Origin: an uncultured bacterium
Lineage (GTDB): Bacteria > Verrucomicrobiota > Verrucomicrobiia > Limisphaerales > UBA8199
Direction of reading: 5' to 3'
DNA: 64,000 nucleotides
Assembly: GCA_963749495.1 (NCBI GenBank)
Contig: CAVVMW010000019.1
Coordinates: 1-64,000 of the forward strand
The translations under genes and the position numbers were made by a program. Each line of letters starts with the position of its first letter. Position 1 is the stretch's first letter. Positions 19,834 through 34,261 of the stretch are shown one piece after another. Below the pieces are notes generated by a model, which saw only the letters and a program-made list of their open reading frames with translations, did no database searches and was not told the DNA's origin.

Positions 19834-22643
19834 GACCCTTTGCGACGATCATCCTGGCCGGGGGCAAAGGCACGCGCATGGGCTCGATCAACCGGCACAA
19901 GGTCTGTTTCGAAGTGGCCGGCGTGCCGGTCATCATCCGGGCGCTGGAGACCTACAACCTGGGCGGCGCCAGGCTCAACATTGTCGTCGTGGGCATGATG
20001 GCCCAAAGCGTCATGGGCACCGTCGGTCTGCGTTTCCCGGGCACCGCCTTTGCCTTCCAGGCCAGACAGTCCGGCACGGGCGACGCGGCCCGGAGAGGCG
20101 CGCAGATCCTCGAGCGGATGCGATTCGAGGGCAACGTGCTGGTGGTGGCGGGAGACAAGGTCATCGAGCCGCGCGCGCTCCGCGGTTTGCTGGCCGCCCA
20201 CCAGCGCTCGGGGGCGGACGTGACCCTGGCCACCGCCAAGCGCCCGAGCCAGTCCAGCGCCGGGACCCTGCTCGAAACCGCCCAAGCCAACATCGTCGGC
20301 ATCCTCGAGGAACCCGAGCGGCAACGCCTGGCCGCCCTGGCGCAGATCAGCGCCGCCTTCGGCCGCAGCACACTGCTGCCTCGCCCGAGAATCGAACGGA
20401 TCATCTCCCAGAACTGCAGCGAGCGGACGGCCCGCTCGTTGCTCAACGAACTCTGGGCGAAAGAAGCCGGCACTTCCGGCGGCGCAGGTATCCTGCCTGC
20501 GCCTTCACATGAACCGCCGCGAAGCCCGAAGGTTTTGGACTGCGCCAGTCCCCTGGCGCTTTTCACGTCCCCAGGGTCCAAAGAGCGGCAGAGGACTGCC
20601 GCAGTCCAAAACGCTTCGCGCCCGGGTACGCCGTTCCGCTTCGAGGTCCCCATGCGCGATCTCAAAATCGTAGAGGCCCGCCTCGAGCGCGCTCAATTCG
20701 AGCGGCGATTCTCCCGTGATGAACGGCTTGGACTGGTCCGGGTTGGGGCCGAAACGGTGCGCGCCGAGCAGGTCCTGCAACGATTCGGGCAGACGAACCT
20801 CTCGGTTTACCTCTTCCGCGCCCCGGTCCTCTACGAGGCGCTGGAGCGGCTCAAACCTCTCCACGCCGGCCAGGAAGAATACCTGACGGACGTCTTCGAG
20901 CTGCTGGCCAAGGGTCCGGCGCCGGCGCGGGTGGTTGGGTGCGAGATCCAGGACGCGCAGGACGTGATGGCCTTCAACAATCCGCAGGAGCTGCTGGCCA
21001 TCGAAGAGGTGTACCGCCGCAGAGAAGGCCCCGCCCGGCTCGAGACCGCCTCCGAACCGGGCGAGGTCCTCGCCCCGGCCTCCACCTGGGAGGGTCTGCT
21101 GGCGGACCCTCCGCCCTCGGCCCGCCGCCAATTCCGCCACTGGTACGGCGAGGAGGTCCCCTGGCAGCCGTTGCGAGCCATCACCGCCGATTTCATCCGC
21201 AGGTTCGGCCCCCGGCGCACCGTGGCCATCGTCCGCTCGCCGGGCCGCATCAACCTCATGGGACGCCACATCGACCACCAGGGCGGCACTGTCAACGTCA
21301 TGGCCGTCAACCGCGAGATTGTCCTGGTGGCCGCGCCCCGCGCCGACGACCTGGTGACCCTCTCCAACACCAACGGGAGCCAGTTCGCCGAGGAGACCTT
21401 CCGCATCTCGGACCTGATTGCGCAATTGAACTGGGACGACTGGCAGGGCGTCATTGACGGACCGCGCCTGGAGCGCCTGCTGGAGGCCGCCCGCGGTGAC
21501 TGGGCCAATTACGTTAAGGCCGCCATCCTCCGGCTCCAGGACCAGTTCCGCGACCGCCGCCTGCGCGGCCTGGACATGCTCGTGAGCGGCGACATCCCCA
21601 TGGGCGCCGGCCTCAGTTCCTCTTCCGCCCTGGTCGTCGCCGCCGCCGAGGCGGTGCGCGCCTTCAACCGCCTGCCGGTCACCGCCCGGCAGTTGGTCAG
21701 CCTCTGCGGCGAGGGCGAGTGGTTCGTCGGCACACGCGGCGGCGCCGCCGACCACGCCGCCATCAAGCTCTCCCGCCGCGGTTGCGTCACCCGCGTCGGC
21801 TTCTTCCCCTTTCGCGTCGAGGCCAGCGCCCCGTTCTTCCCGGACCACGACCTGGTGGTCTGCAACTCCGGGATCTACGCCGGCAAATCCAACCAGGCGC
21901 GCAATGTCTTCAATGCCAAGGTCACCGCCTACCACGTCGGCCGCGTCTGGTTCAAAATGCTCCGCCCCGACCTGGCCTCCCGCATCGAGCACCTGCGCGA
22001 CATCAACCGTGAGCGCCTCGGCCTGACCCACGCTGCCTTCGCCCACCTCCTGGGCCAATTGCCCGCGCGCATCAGCCGCCGCAACGTCCAGGCCGCCTTC
22101 CCGCAAATGCCCGAGGCCGAGCGCGTCCGCCTCCAGCGCCTCTTCCAGACCCACGACGCGCCTCCCGCCGGTTACCCCGTGCGCGGCGTCGTCCTCTTCG
22201 GCCTCTCCGAAATGGCCCGCGCCCGGCGCTGCCTCGACCTGCTCAGAAACAATGACGCCGCCGCCTTGGGCCGGTGCATGGCCACCTCCCACGACGGCGA
22301 CCGCGTCTGCCGCCAGGCCCACGCCCAGCGGCCCTCGGCCCGGGGCCTGGCCGACGCCCAATTGGCCGCCTGGACCGCCAAACCCGCACCCAAGGCCGAC
22401 CTGGCCGATTTGTCCGGCCACTACGGCTGCAGCCTGCCCGCCCTGGACCGCATCGTCAACTTCGCCCGCCGTCAACTGGGCGTCGAAGGCGCCCAACTGG
22501 CCGGCGCCGGCCTGGGCGGCTGCATCATGGTCCTGGTTCGCAAGCCCCACACCCCCTCCTTGCTCTGCGCCCTGGCCAACCATTCCATCGAAGCCAAAGT
22601 CTTCCGCCCCATCGCCGGCGCGTGCCTGCTCCGCATGGCGTGA
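19830..22643 (+). CDS. bifunctional GlmU-like sugar-1-P nucleotidyltransferase / galactokinase-like GHMP kinase
   Basis: IILAGGKGTRMGS, GTGDA and EEYLTD in the N-half; SPGRINLMGRHIDHQGG, IPMGAGLSSSSA and GAQLAGAGLGG in the C-half. Confidence 0.85.
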   Translation: MRPFATIILAGGKGTRMGSINRHKVCFEVAGVPVIIRALETYNLGGARLNIVVVGMMAQSVMGTVGLRFPGTAFAFQARQSGTGDAARRGAQILERMRFEGNVLVVAGDKVIEPRALRGLLAAHQRSGADVTLATAKRPSQSSAGTLLETAQANIVGILEEPERQRLAALAQISAAFGRSTLLPRPRIERIISQNCSERTARSLLNELWAKEAGTSGGAGILPAPSHEPPRSPKVLDCASPLALFTSPGSKERQRTAAVQNASRPGTPFRFEVPMRDLKIVEARLERAQFERRFSRDERLGLVRVGAETVRAEQVLQRFGQTNLSVYLFRAPVLYEALERLKPLHAGQEEYLTDVFELLAKGPAPARVVGCEIQDAQDVMAFNNPQELLAIEEVYRRREGPARLETASEPGEVLAPASTWEGLLADPPPSARRQFRHWYGEEVPWQPLRAITADFIRRFGPRRTVAIVRSPGRINLMGRHIDHQGGTVNVMAVNREIVLVAAPRADDLVTLSNTNGSQFAEETFRISDLIAQLNWDDWQGVIDGPRLERLLEAARGDWANYVKAAILRLQDQFRDRRLRGLDMLVSGDIPMGAGLSSSSALVVAAAEAVRAFNRLPVTARQLVSLCGEGEWFVGTRGGAADHAAIKLSRRGCVTRVGFFPFRVEASAPFFPDHDLVVCNSGIYAGKSNQARNVFNAKVTAYHVGRVWFKMLRPDLASRIEHLRDINRERLGLTHAAFAHLLGQLPARISRRNVQAAFPQMPEAERVRLQRLFQTHDAPPAGYPVRGVVLFGLSEMARARRCLDLLRNNDAAALGRCMATSHDGDRVCRQAHAQRPSARGLADAQLAAWTAKPAPKADLADLSGHYGCSLPALDRIVNFARRQLGVEGAQLAGAGLGGCIMVLVRKPHTPSLLCALANHSIEAKVFRPIAGACLLRMA
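20533..20611. repeat. REP family B palindrome inside a coding sequence (other copies at 35212-35290 and 54613-54696)
   Basis: TTTTGGACTGCGCCAGTCC-CTGGCGCTTT...GCGGCAGAGGACTGCCGCAGTCCAAAA. Confidence 0.85.
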
Positions 22644-23000
22644 GGGCGCATCAGAGCACTGCCTCCGGGATGCGCCCGTCCTCGGGCTGAAAGCCCGAAA
22701 TGTGAAAGCCTGGGCTGGAGCGAGCTTGCGAGCGGAGGCCCAGGTCATCGGGCCAGAATCTGGCGCGCCCTGCTATGGGGTGCCATACGGTCCCGGCCTT
22801 GCAGGCCGGGCTCTTCGAGGGGCGCTGGCTTTACCCGGGCCTCCGCTCCGCTGCAGCCCGGGCTATCACATGGCGGGCCTTCGGCCCTAGGGGGTTCCCG
22901 GCACTGCCCCTGGAGTGCGCCCGAGCGCCGAAGCAGCATTTCTGGATTGCCGCTCGGGGGTGGTCGACTATACTCGTGCCCTAGCGAAATTGAGTTGCAC

Positions 23001-25460
23001 ATGAGGAAGATGAATCCCTTGGGCCGCAGTTCAGGAGCATTGGGGTGCGCGTGTCGGGGCCTGAGACTGGTCCCGGCGGCCGCGGCCCTCGCCTTGGGCG
23101 GCATGCCGGTTTGGCTCTATGCCGGCAGTTTTGTCACGGATTTCAACTCGGGCCTGCCGCCGGGCAGCGCGGTGTTCGGGGATTCGGTTGTCTCGGCCAA
23201 CGACGGCCAAGGGGGCGGCTACACCAACAGCGGGTGTCTGCAACTGACCGGGGGTTCGGCCGGGACGAACGGCGCGTTCATCATCGACAACGACCTGGAC
23301 GGCGGCACGCCGGTGGTGAGCTTTACCGCCGCCTTCAAGGTCTTGCTGGCCGGAGGCAGCAACGCCAAGGGATTCAGTTTCAACTTTGCCCCCAACCTGC
23401 CGATGGGCCCGATCTCCGTCGACGGCGCGGGCAGCGGGTTGACCGTGGAGTTCGACACGCTGCTGGGCTCACCGCTGGACACGGCTCCCGCGGTGGATGT
23501 GAAAATCGGCGGTGTGGAACAGGACGGGATCCCTTTCGAGGGGCTGCGGGCAGGCGTCTGGGTCGATGTCGTCATCCAGCTCAACCCCAATAACACGCTC
23601 GACGTGGTGTACGACGGCACCTACGTCTATTCGAACCTGGACCTGACCGCCTTGGGTTATGTGCCGGCAACCGGCAGCCTTTTCGGGTTCGGGGCAACCG
23701 CGGGGGAGACCGCCGACAATCAGTTCATCGACGACCTGAACATCATCACCTCAGTCAGTCCGGCCCCTTACGTCCAGTCCTACGCGCCTCGAGGACGCCA
23801 GGCCCAGACCAACAGCGCCATCGATATCGTCCTCACGGACAACCTCACCCAGGTCAATCCCGCATCCGTGGTCCTCACCCTGGACGGCGCGGTGGCCGCC
23901 TCCGCCGTGACCCGGAAAGGCAATGACACGCAAGTCCACTTTGCCCCGCCGGCGCCCTTCACGTATTCCAGCCTTCACTCGGTCATACTGGCCTTTTCCG
24001 ATAATGCAACCCCCGCTCCGCAGCAATTCACCTGGAGTTACACCTTTGGCGTCGCCGGTGCGCCCTTTGTCCCGGGGTCGTACGTGGCTCTCTTCACGGA
24101 GGGCTTCGAGAGCTACGCCCTCGGCGCGCTGGACAAGAACCCCCTGTACCTGGGCCTCCGGAAACGGCCCCAACTATGCCCCGAACGGCTCGGGCAATCC
24201 CTGGTTCGGCCGAATGCCCCCCAACGCCCAGGTCATGAACGCGGTCAACGGTGTCCTGCCCCATAGCGGAACCAATATGCTGGGCGGCGGCGCCCCGAGC
24301 GAGCAGGACGTGGATTGGCTCAACCTCGCCTACCGGGTGGGCAACGGCCGGGCCTTCAACAGCGATTGCCGGCTCGATTGGTGGTTTTACGACCCGCTCG
24401 GCAACGCCTCAAACGCCTCCGATTTCGAGGACTACCTCGCCCTCTGCAGCTATGACACCGCGCCCACCAACACCGATTACCCGGAGTCGGCCGTGCCCGA
24501 GGACAACGCCAACCTCAACACAGGGCTCGTCCAGGGACCCAACTACCAGCGGCTTTGCCTGGGCGCTTCAGCGACCCTCCCCGCCGGCGGGGCTTATGAC
24601 ATCTCCAAATACCAGGCCCGCATCGTCGGCAGCCCTGTGGGTTATGCCGACGGGTGGATCGACACTCCCAGGCAACGCACCGCCGGCTGGCACCACGCCT
24701 GCATCATCCTCGGCCCGCTCCTGCCCGACGGCACCGTCACCGCCTACTTCTACATCGACGACCTGGCCACCCCGGTTTTCTCGGGCAATTCGGGGACCAC
24801 CAACGGTTTCAACGTGATCGAAATCAACAGCGCCCAGGCAGATAGCGTCGGCTACTTCGACAATATCAGCTTCTCGGTAGTGGGGTCTGCCCCTCGAGCA
24901 CGGCCCTGGCCGTAACTCGAGCAGGCAACACGCTGGTCCTCACCTGGCAGGCCGGCTGGATCCTCCAGGCCGCCTCCAGCCCGAATGGGCCCTGGAACGA
25001 CGTGGCGGGCGCCGCCAGCCCATACACCTTCAACCCCACCTCCCAACACGTGCTGTTCTTCCGCTTGCGCAATGGCTCCACGCCTGCCTCCACGACCCTG
25101 GCCGTAACTCGAGCAGGCAACATGCTGGTCCTCACCTGGCAGGCCGGCTGGATCCTCCAGGCCGCCTCCAGCCCGAATGGGCCCTGGAACGACGTGGCGG
25201 GCGCCGCCAGCCCATACACCTTCAGCCCCGCCTCCCAGCGCGTGCTGTTCTTCCGCTTGCGCAATGGCTCCACGCCTCCCTCCCCGACCCTGTCCATCGC
25301 CCGCTCGGGCCACAAGCTGGTCTTGACCTGGCAGAGCGTCTCGACCCTCCAATCCGCTCCGACTCTCAAGGGGCCTTGGAACGACCTGCCCGGCGCGGCC
25401 AGCCCCTTCACCTATGACCCCGCTTCGGGGCCGGCGCAATTCTTCCGGCTGCGGAACTAA
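23001..25460 (+). CDS. secreted lectin-like (L-type/LamG) + Ig-like protein with three C-terminal repeats; frameshifted near 24160 and 24900
   Basis: Three consecutive ORFs continue one protein: signal peptide, GFSFNF/LTVEFDT lectin motifs and repeated LVLTW...LQ...GPW..V.GAASPYT...FFRLRN. Confidence 0.65.
24904..25287 (+). repeat. 192-bp near-identical tandem duplication (a diverged third unit follows)
   Basis: CCCTGGCCGTAACTCGAGCAGGCAAC at 24904 and 25096. Confidence 0.9.
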
Positions 25461-25742
25461 AAAACTGAAAAAAGCCTGAAAAAAGCCTTGACTTCGTGCA
25501 GGCACTTGCCGCATTATCCCTCCCATCGGGTGCCTGTACGTCTCTTCCTGGGTTCCCCACCCACCTCCTCTCGGCGACGGGCGCCCGTGCTTCGTCTCTG
25601 TCGCGGCCTTTCGTCCCTTGTGTCCTTTGTGTCCCTTTTGTCCCTTACGCAGGAGAGACAAGGGACAAAAGAGACAAAAGGGACCAAAGGGACAAAGGCT
25701 CGGATGCACGCTCCCGCGCGCCCCATCTTGCCGCAGCCGGTG

Positions 25743-25852
25743 GGAGTGCGCCCGTCCCCGGGCGCAGCAGCGGCCGAGCGGGCAGGCGCGCCGCAGTACT
25801 TGAGCGCTGTCCTGGCTGCGGACGTGGCTGCGCCCGAGGACGGGCGCACTCC
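25743..25852. repeat. REP family A palindrome without a MITE shell
   Basis: GGAGTGCGCCCGTCCCCGGGCGCAGC...GCTGCGCCCGAGGACGGGCGCACTCC, as at 18909 and 62578. Confidence 0.85.
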
Positions 25853-25858
25853 AGGCTT

Positions 25859-29130
<3,272 letters not shown>

Positions 29131-29133
29131 GCA

Positions 29134-29200
29134 CTGGGGTCAGGCCTTCACATTCCACAATTCCGCGCCTCCAAATGTGGAAAGTGAAGGCCTGACCCCA
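29134..29200. repeat. hairpin TGGGGTCAGGCCTTCAC...GTGAAGGCCTGACCCCA (RAYT-associated REP-like)
   Basis: 17-bp perfect outer stem next to the RAYT fragment. Confidence 0.7.
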
Positions 29201-29837
29201 TCTCTTTACTGAAAGCCATCTTCGTCTATCCGCTGGTCCGCAACGCCCGCCACCTCCTCTCGGCGCCAAGAGAAGACTCAGCGGAGCGAAGAAGGAAGAA
29301 GAGTTGTCATCGAATCGGGCGAAGAAGACCCAAGGGAAGAAGATCCCCTTCCTGGCCGCCAGTTTTGCATCCGTTCCGTTTCAACGGTGGCATCATAACC
29401 TCGGCGGCTTACCCGAGCCTCGACTTACCCACAGATTCTGCTGAGGAAGCTGCTTTTCCAAAATCAACCCGTTGATCGTTGTGGTCACCGCAGCAGTCGG
29501 CGGATCGGTTCTGGCCGGAAGACCTGCCGCCCCAGAGGTGAGCGGAAACGCCTGCGGGAGGCGCTTGCCAAACGACTGCCTTCCGATCCCCCACCGAGTT
29601 GCGGCCCGCCTTTGGGCTGAGAAAACCTCGTTGCCTTTGCGGGGGCCGCTGCTAGGCTCCCGAGCGTGATCACGGACGAGATTAAAGAACTGATGAACGC
29701 TGAACCCTTTCGACCGGTTCGGATTGTGCTCGGCAATGAACAGGCTTTTATCCTGGCGCACACCGATTACCTGACGATCAGCTCCGACTGGCAAACGGTA
29801 GTTCTTTACGACAAGCAGGGGCGTTAGCAGTAGCATC

Positions 29838-30785
29838 ATGAAAGACGTGCAAGGCAAATCGTTCTTCATCACGGGCGGAACCGGTTTCGTGGGAAAGCAC
29901 ATGGTCGCTTTCCTGACAAAACTCGGAGGGGATCTCACCGTGATTGGCTCAAACTTCGATCTTGCAACAGAAGCCGGCGCCGAGCGAGCGTTCACGACCT
30001 TCAATAAGAAGTTCGATTATATTATTCATGGCGCGGCCCTTCAAGGCGCGGGGGAGTGGCCATTGAAACACAAGGCGGAACAATTTAGTCTGAATCTTCG
30101 CATCCATGCCAATACTTTCGCGATGTGGAAGCGCTTCCAACCCCAGGCGAAGATGATTGGCATAGGCAGCTCCTGTTCCTATCCTGGAGTCAAGGAAGTG
30201 CTGAAAGAAGAGGAATACTGGGATGGGCCGATGCACAGTTCCGTCGATATTTACGGCTTTACCAAGAAGGCGGTGAGCGTCGGCATCGAGGCGTATAAAG
30301 CCCAGTACGGCCTGAAGGGAACCACGGCCATATTTGCCACGGTATATGGTCCATACGACCACTTTGACCCGGAGAAATCCCACGTGGTGTCGGCCCTGGT
30401 GAAGAAATTCGTGGATGCGAGGCGAGCCAACAGTCCCGCCGTCGAGGTGTGGGGGGACGGCAAACAGACCAGGGAGGTGATCTACGTCGAGGATCAGATT
30501 AGAGGACTGCTGGCGGTTCTGAATTACGAGGGTAGTATCATCAACATCGGGACGGGAAAGTTGACCATGGTGAGCGAGCTGGCGGAAACCATTAAGGCCC
30601 TATCGCATTACCGGGGCGAGATCGTGTACAACCCCGATAGATTTGTCGGAATCAGGAGAAAAGTATTGGATATATCGCTGGCCAGAGAGAGGTACGGGTG
30701 GACCACCGATATCCCCCTTGGCAAATTTGAGCACAATTTGGCCAAGACCATAGCCTATTACGAGACGATTTCCGCAACGCGCTGA
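29838..30785 (+). CDS. NAD-dependent epimerase/dehydratase, GDP-fucose synthase-like
   Basis: ITGGTGFVG, GSSCSYP, YGFTKK, VYGPYDHFD..SHVV and VWGDGKQTRE. Confidence 0.85.
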   Translation: MKDVQGKSFFITGGTGFVGKHMVAFLTKLGGDLTVIGSNFDLATEAGAERAFTTFNKKFDYIIHGAALQGAGEWPLKHKAEQFSLNLRIHANTFAMWKRFQPQAKMIGIGSSCSYPGVKEVLKEEEYWDGPMHSSVDIYGFTKKAVSVGIEAYKAQYGLKGTTAIFATVYGPYDHFDPEKSHVVSALVKKFVDARRANSPAVEVWGDGKQTREVIYVEDQIRGLLAVLNYEGSIINIGTGKLTMVSELAETIKALSHYRGEIVYNPDRFVGIRRKVLDISLARERYGWTTDIPLGKFEHNLAKTIAYYETISATR

Positions 30786-31072
30786 GCTCAGGCTCGAGTG
30801 ATCCAGATTACGCCCGCTACCGCGTTTGGCTGATTCGCGCCCGGCTGGGCGAGAAAGAGGCGGCCACCACGGAGTTGCTGGATTATTTTGACCACATTGC
30901 CAACTGCCGCTCCGCCCAAGTCCGTGCCCAGCGCTGGACCATGCCGCCGATGGTCAGCGCCGCGGACCGCCCAGCGGGCCATGACCACCCCGCCGCGGTC
31001 ATTGACATGGACGCCGACGAGCCAGCCCGCCCACCACGAATTTTTATTGAAATCGGGAGCTTGTGGATTAGA

Positions 31073-31891
31073 ATGGGCGCGACGGAAAACCACTTATTCA
31101 ATCGAACCGTGCAACAAACCCCGCCGGCAGAGCTGAAGACGTGCCAACTGAAGACGCCCATTTCAATCATCATCGCCTGCCTCAACGAGGAAGACACGAT
31201 CGTCGAGTGCCTTGAGCGTCTGGTCCAATCCGCTCCGGCCTCGGAGATCCTTGTCGTGCATGGCGGCAAGGACCGCACCTGCGAACGGGCGCGGTCCGTT
31301 GCGCAATCGCACCCGAATGTGATTGCGTTCCGGAACGAGAACGACCACGGCAAAGGCAGCGCGATCAAGGCAGGAATTGCGCGCGCATCCCACGAATGGA
31401 TGTGTCAATTTGACGCGGACCTTCAATTCGACCCGGAAGACCTTCCGCGGCTGATGGCGCCGATGCTTGAAGGACGCGCGGACGTTGTTCTTGGTTCGCG
31501 GTTCATGACCGCGGCGGACGTTTCCGATTACCAGTTTTCGTTCTTTCGGGTGATGGGCAACCGGGTCGTCAATGCCTGGACAAGCCTGCTTTGCGGTCAG
31601 TTGGTTACCGATGTCACCACGGGCTACAAGGCGTGGACGAAGGCGGCCATTCAGAAGATTGATTTCCAGGACGACGGGTTTGTCTATGAGGTGGAGATTC
31701 CGATGCGCGCCACCATGGAAGGCCTCCGCGTTGCCCAGGTGCCGGTCAAATATCACAATCGCCGGGGAGGGATCAGCGGTCATGGCAGCGGTTGGCGAGA
31801 GACGCTCAGCATCATCCGAACCGGCTTTCGCATTGTGGCGCACGCCACGGCTATTCGTTTGGGCGGACGGCGCAAGAGAACCACCGGTTAG
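31073..31891 (+). CDS. GT2 glycosyltransferase (DPM1-like)
   Basis: ISIIIACLNEE, GKGSAIKAG, FDADLQ, VLGSRF and TDVTTGYK. Confidence 0.85.
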   Translation: MGATENHLFNRTVQQTPPAELKTCQLKTPISIIIACLNEEDTIVECLERLVQSAPASEILVVHGGKDRTCERARSVAQSHPNVIAFRNENDHGKGSAIKAGIARASHEWMCQFDADLQFDPEDLPRLMAPMLEGRADVVLGSRFMTAADVSDYQFSFFRVMGNRVVNAWTSLLCGQLVTDVTTGYKAWTKAAIQKIDFQDDGFVYEVEIPMRATMEGLRVAQVPVKYHNRRGGISGHGSGWRETLSIIRTGFRIVAHATAIRLGGRRKRTTG

Positions 31892-32021
31892 CTTGAAGCG
31901 TCGCGTGGGACCTGGCGCAGGCGGGCGCGGCTTTTGAGGCGTTCAACGTCCGTGGCAAGGGATTAACCTGCAATATGAACTTGCCAGGGTTCCCAAATTC
32001 CTGGCAGGCTGGCGGGGTGCC

Positions 32022-34094
32022 ATGGGCGAAGCGTCGCCAAAATCCAAAGCCAAACTGAGCCGGGTTTCCACGGCGGTTACGGTTCGGTCGCGCTGTCCGG
32101 TGTGGCTGATGGCCGTATTGCTGGTGCTGCTGACGATTGCCGTTTACTGGCCGGCGACGCGATGTGGCTTCATCAACTTCGATGACGATCTCTACGTGTA
32201 CCAGAACGCTCATTTGCAGAGCGGTTTGAGCTGGGAGGCGGTGAAATGGGCGTTTCGCAACACGGAACAGGCCGAGTATTGGGCGCCGCTCATGTGGTTG
32301 TCACATATTGTGGGCTGGCAGTTGTTTGGCATGAATCCCTGGGGGCATCACCTGATTAATGTGCTCCTTCACGCGGCCAACACGGCGTTGGTATTCCTCG
32401 TGTTCAGAAGGATGACCGGCGCCACTTGGCGCACTGCGGCCCTGGCAGCGTTGTTCGGGCTGCATCCCTTGCGGGTGGAGTCGGTGGTCTGGGTAACAGA
32501 GCGCAAGGACGTGCTCAGCAGTTTCTTCGGTCTGCTCGCGCTGATGGCTTACGCCCGTTACGCGGAAGGCAGGAGGCGTGAGCCGGGAGGTCGTGGTTCG
32601 TGGTCTGGGGTCGCTTGTCCGTGGTCTCTCTCCCATCTCCCCTCTTTTATCTTCTATCTCCTGTCCGTGTTCTTGTTCGCCCTCGGATTGATGAGCAAGC
32701 CGATGCTGGTCACATGGCCGTTCGTCCTGCTGCTGCTCGACTACTGGCCGCTGCGCCGCTTGGAACCTTCACCCCGCAACTCTCAACTCTCAACTGCATT
32801 GCGCCTGGTGGGGGAAAAAATCCCGTTCTTTGTCCTTGCGGCGGTGTCGAGCGTGGTGACCTTGGTAGTGCAGCGGCACGGAGGCACTATGATGGGGGTT
32901 GAAAGCCTGCCCCTGGGCGCGCGCGTCGGGAACGGGCTCGTTTCATACTGCCGCTATCTGGGGAAGCTCTTTTGGCCCACGGGACTGGCGGTATACTATC
33001 CGCACCCCGGGCAATGGCCGCTCGGGCAGGTACTGCTGGCGAGCGGGCTGATGTTGGGCATTTCGGCGCTGCTTTTTGTGAGGCTGCGTCGGTATCCCTT
33101 TTTGCTGATGGGGTGGCTGTGGTTTGTTGGGACGCTGGTGCCTAATATCGGGTTCGTGCAAGCGGGCGGAGTTGCGATGGCGGTTCGCTTTACTTATATT
33201 CCAACAATTGGAGCGTTGATCCTCATCGTCTGGGGGGCAAACGAACTGGCCGGACGCCGGCATTACGGCGCGGTAGCGTTATCGGTGGCGGGTGGTGCGG
33301 CCATCGTCCTTTTCGTGGCGTTGACGCGGCAACAGATTGGTTATTGGAGGGACAGTGAAACGCTGTTCCGGCGTGCGCTCGCGGTAACAAGGGACAATTG
33401 GCTCGCCCACAACAATCTCGGCAACGCCCTCGACAGCAAGGGCCAAACCGGCGAGGCGATCGCTCAATACCAGGAAGCCGTCCGCTTGAGACCGGGTTAC
33501 GCCAAAGCCCACAACAACCTCGGCGCCGCCCTCGACCGGCAAGGCCAAACCGACGAGGCCATCCGCCAATACCAGGAAGCCGTCCGCTTGAGACCGGGTT
33601 ACGCCAAAGCCCGCAACAACCTCCGCGCCGCCCTCGACCGGCAAGGCCAAACCGACGAGGCCATCCGCCAATATCAGGAAGCCGTCCGCTTGAGACCGGA
33701 TGACGCCGACGCCCATAACCACCTCGGCGTCGCCCTGGCCAGGAAAGGCCAGACCGACGAGGCGATCCGCCAATATCAGGAAGTTCTCTGCCTCAAACCG
33801 GATTACGCCCAGGCCCACTACAACCTCGGCACGGCACTCGGGCAGAAAGGCCAGACTGACGAGGCCATCCGCCAATTCCAGGAAGCCCTCCGCCTCAAAC
33901 CGGATTACCCCCAGGCCCACTGCAACCTCGGCACGGTCCTCAGCCAGAAAGGCCAGATCGACGAGGCCATCCGCCAATTCCAGGAAGCGTTGAGACTCCA
34001 GCCTGACTACGCCATCGCCCGCAGGAATTTGGACGCCGCGCTCGCCGCCAAGACCGGTTCTTTGCAGCCGCCCGGAGCCGGCACCAACCGCTGA
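32022..34094 (+). CDS. membrane GT-C-like / TMTC-like protein with C-terminal TPR repeats
   Basis: FINFDDDLYV, HLINVLLH, LHPLRVESVVWVTERKDVL and MSKPMLVT, followed by about six TPRs. Confidence 0.85.
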   Translation: MGEASPKSKAKLSRVSTAVTVRSRCPVWLMAVLLVLLTIAVYWPATRCGFINFDDDLYVYQNAHLQSGLSWEAVKWAFRNTEQAEYWAPLMWLSHIVGWQLFGMNPWGHHLINVLLHAANTALVFLVFRRMTGATWRTAALAALFGLHPLRVESVVWVTERKDVLSSFFGLLALMAYARYAEGRRREPGGRGSWSGVACPWSLSHLPSFIFYLLSVFLFALGLMSKPMLVTWPFVLLLLDYWPLRRLEPSPRNSQLSTALRLVGEKIPFFVLAAVSSVVTLVVQRHGGTMMGVESLPLGARVGNGLVSYCRYLGKLFWPTGLAVYYPHPGQWPLGQVLLASGLMLGISALLFVRLRRYPFLLMGWLWFVGTLVPNIGFVQAGGVAMAVRFTYIPTIGALILIVWGANELAGRRHYGAVALSVAGGAAIVLFVALTRQQIGYWRDSETLFRRALAVTRDNWLAHNNLGNALDSKGQTGEAIAQYQEAVRLRPGYAKAHNNLGAALDRQGQTDEAIRQYQEAVRLRPGYAKARNNLRAALDRQGQTDEAIRQYQEAVRLRPDDADAHNHLGVALARKGQTDEAIRQYQEVLCLKPDYAQAHYNLGTALGQKGQTDEAIRQFQEALRLKPDYPQAHCNLGTVLSQKGQIDEAIRQFQEALRLQPDYAIARRNLDAALAAKTGSLQPPGAGTNR

Positions 34095-34261
34095 GTTGAC
34101 ACCACCATCGGGAAGCTGCGGACACCCTGTATGGTGTGGAAATTCGTCGGGCAGGACGAGCGTCGGGACTCCCTCGGCGCGCCTGGCCACAGGCCAAATC
34201 GGGCGCAACGAAGGTCACTGAAAAAGAGGGCCGAACAGCCGGTGTCGGGCGTTCTAACGCT

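Noticed and set aside
449..22748. Long ORFs 449-1384, 11637-13250, 17433-19043 and 20505-22748
   Set aside because: Antisense shadows of motif-bearing genes in high-GC DNA.
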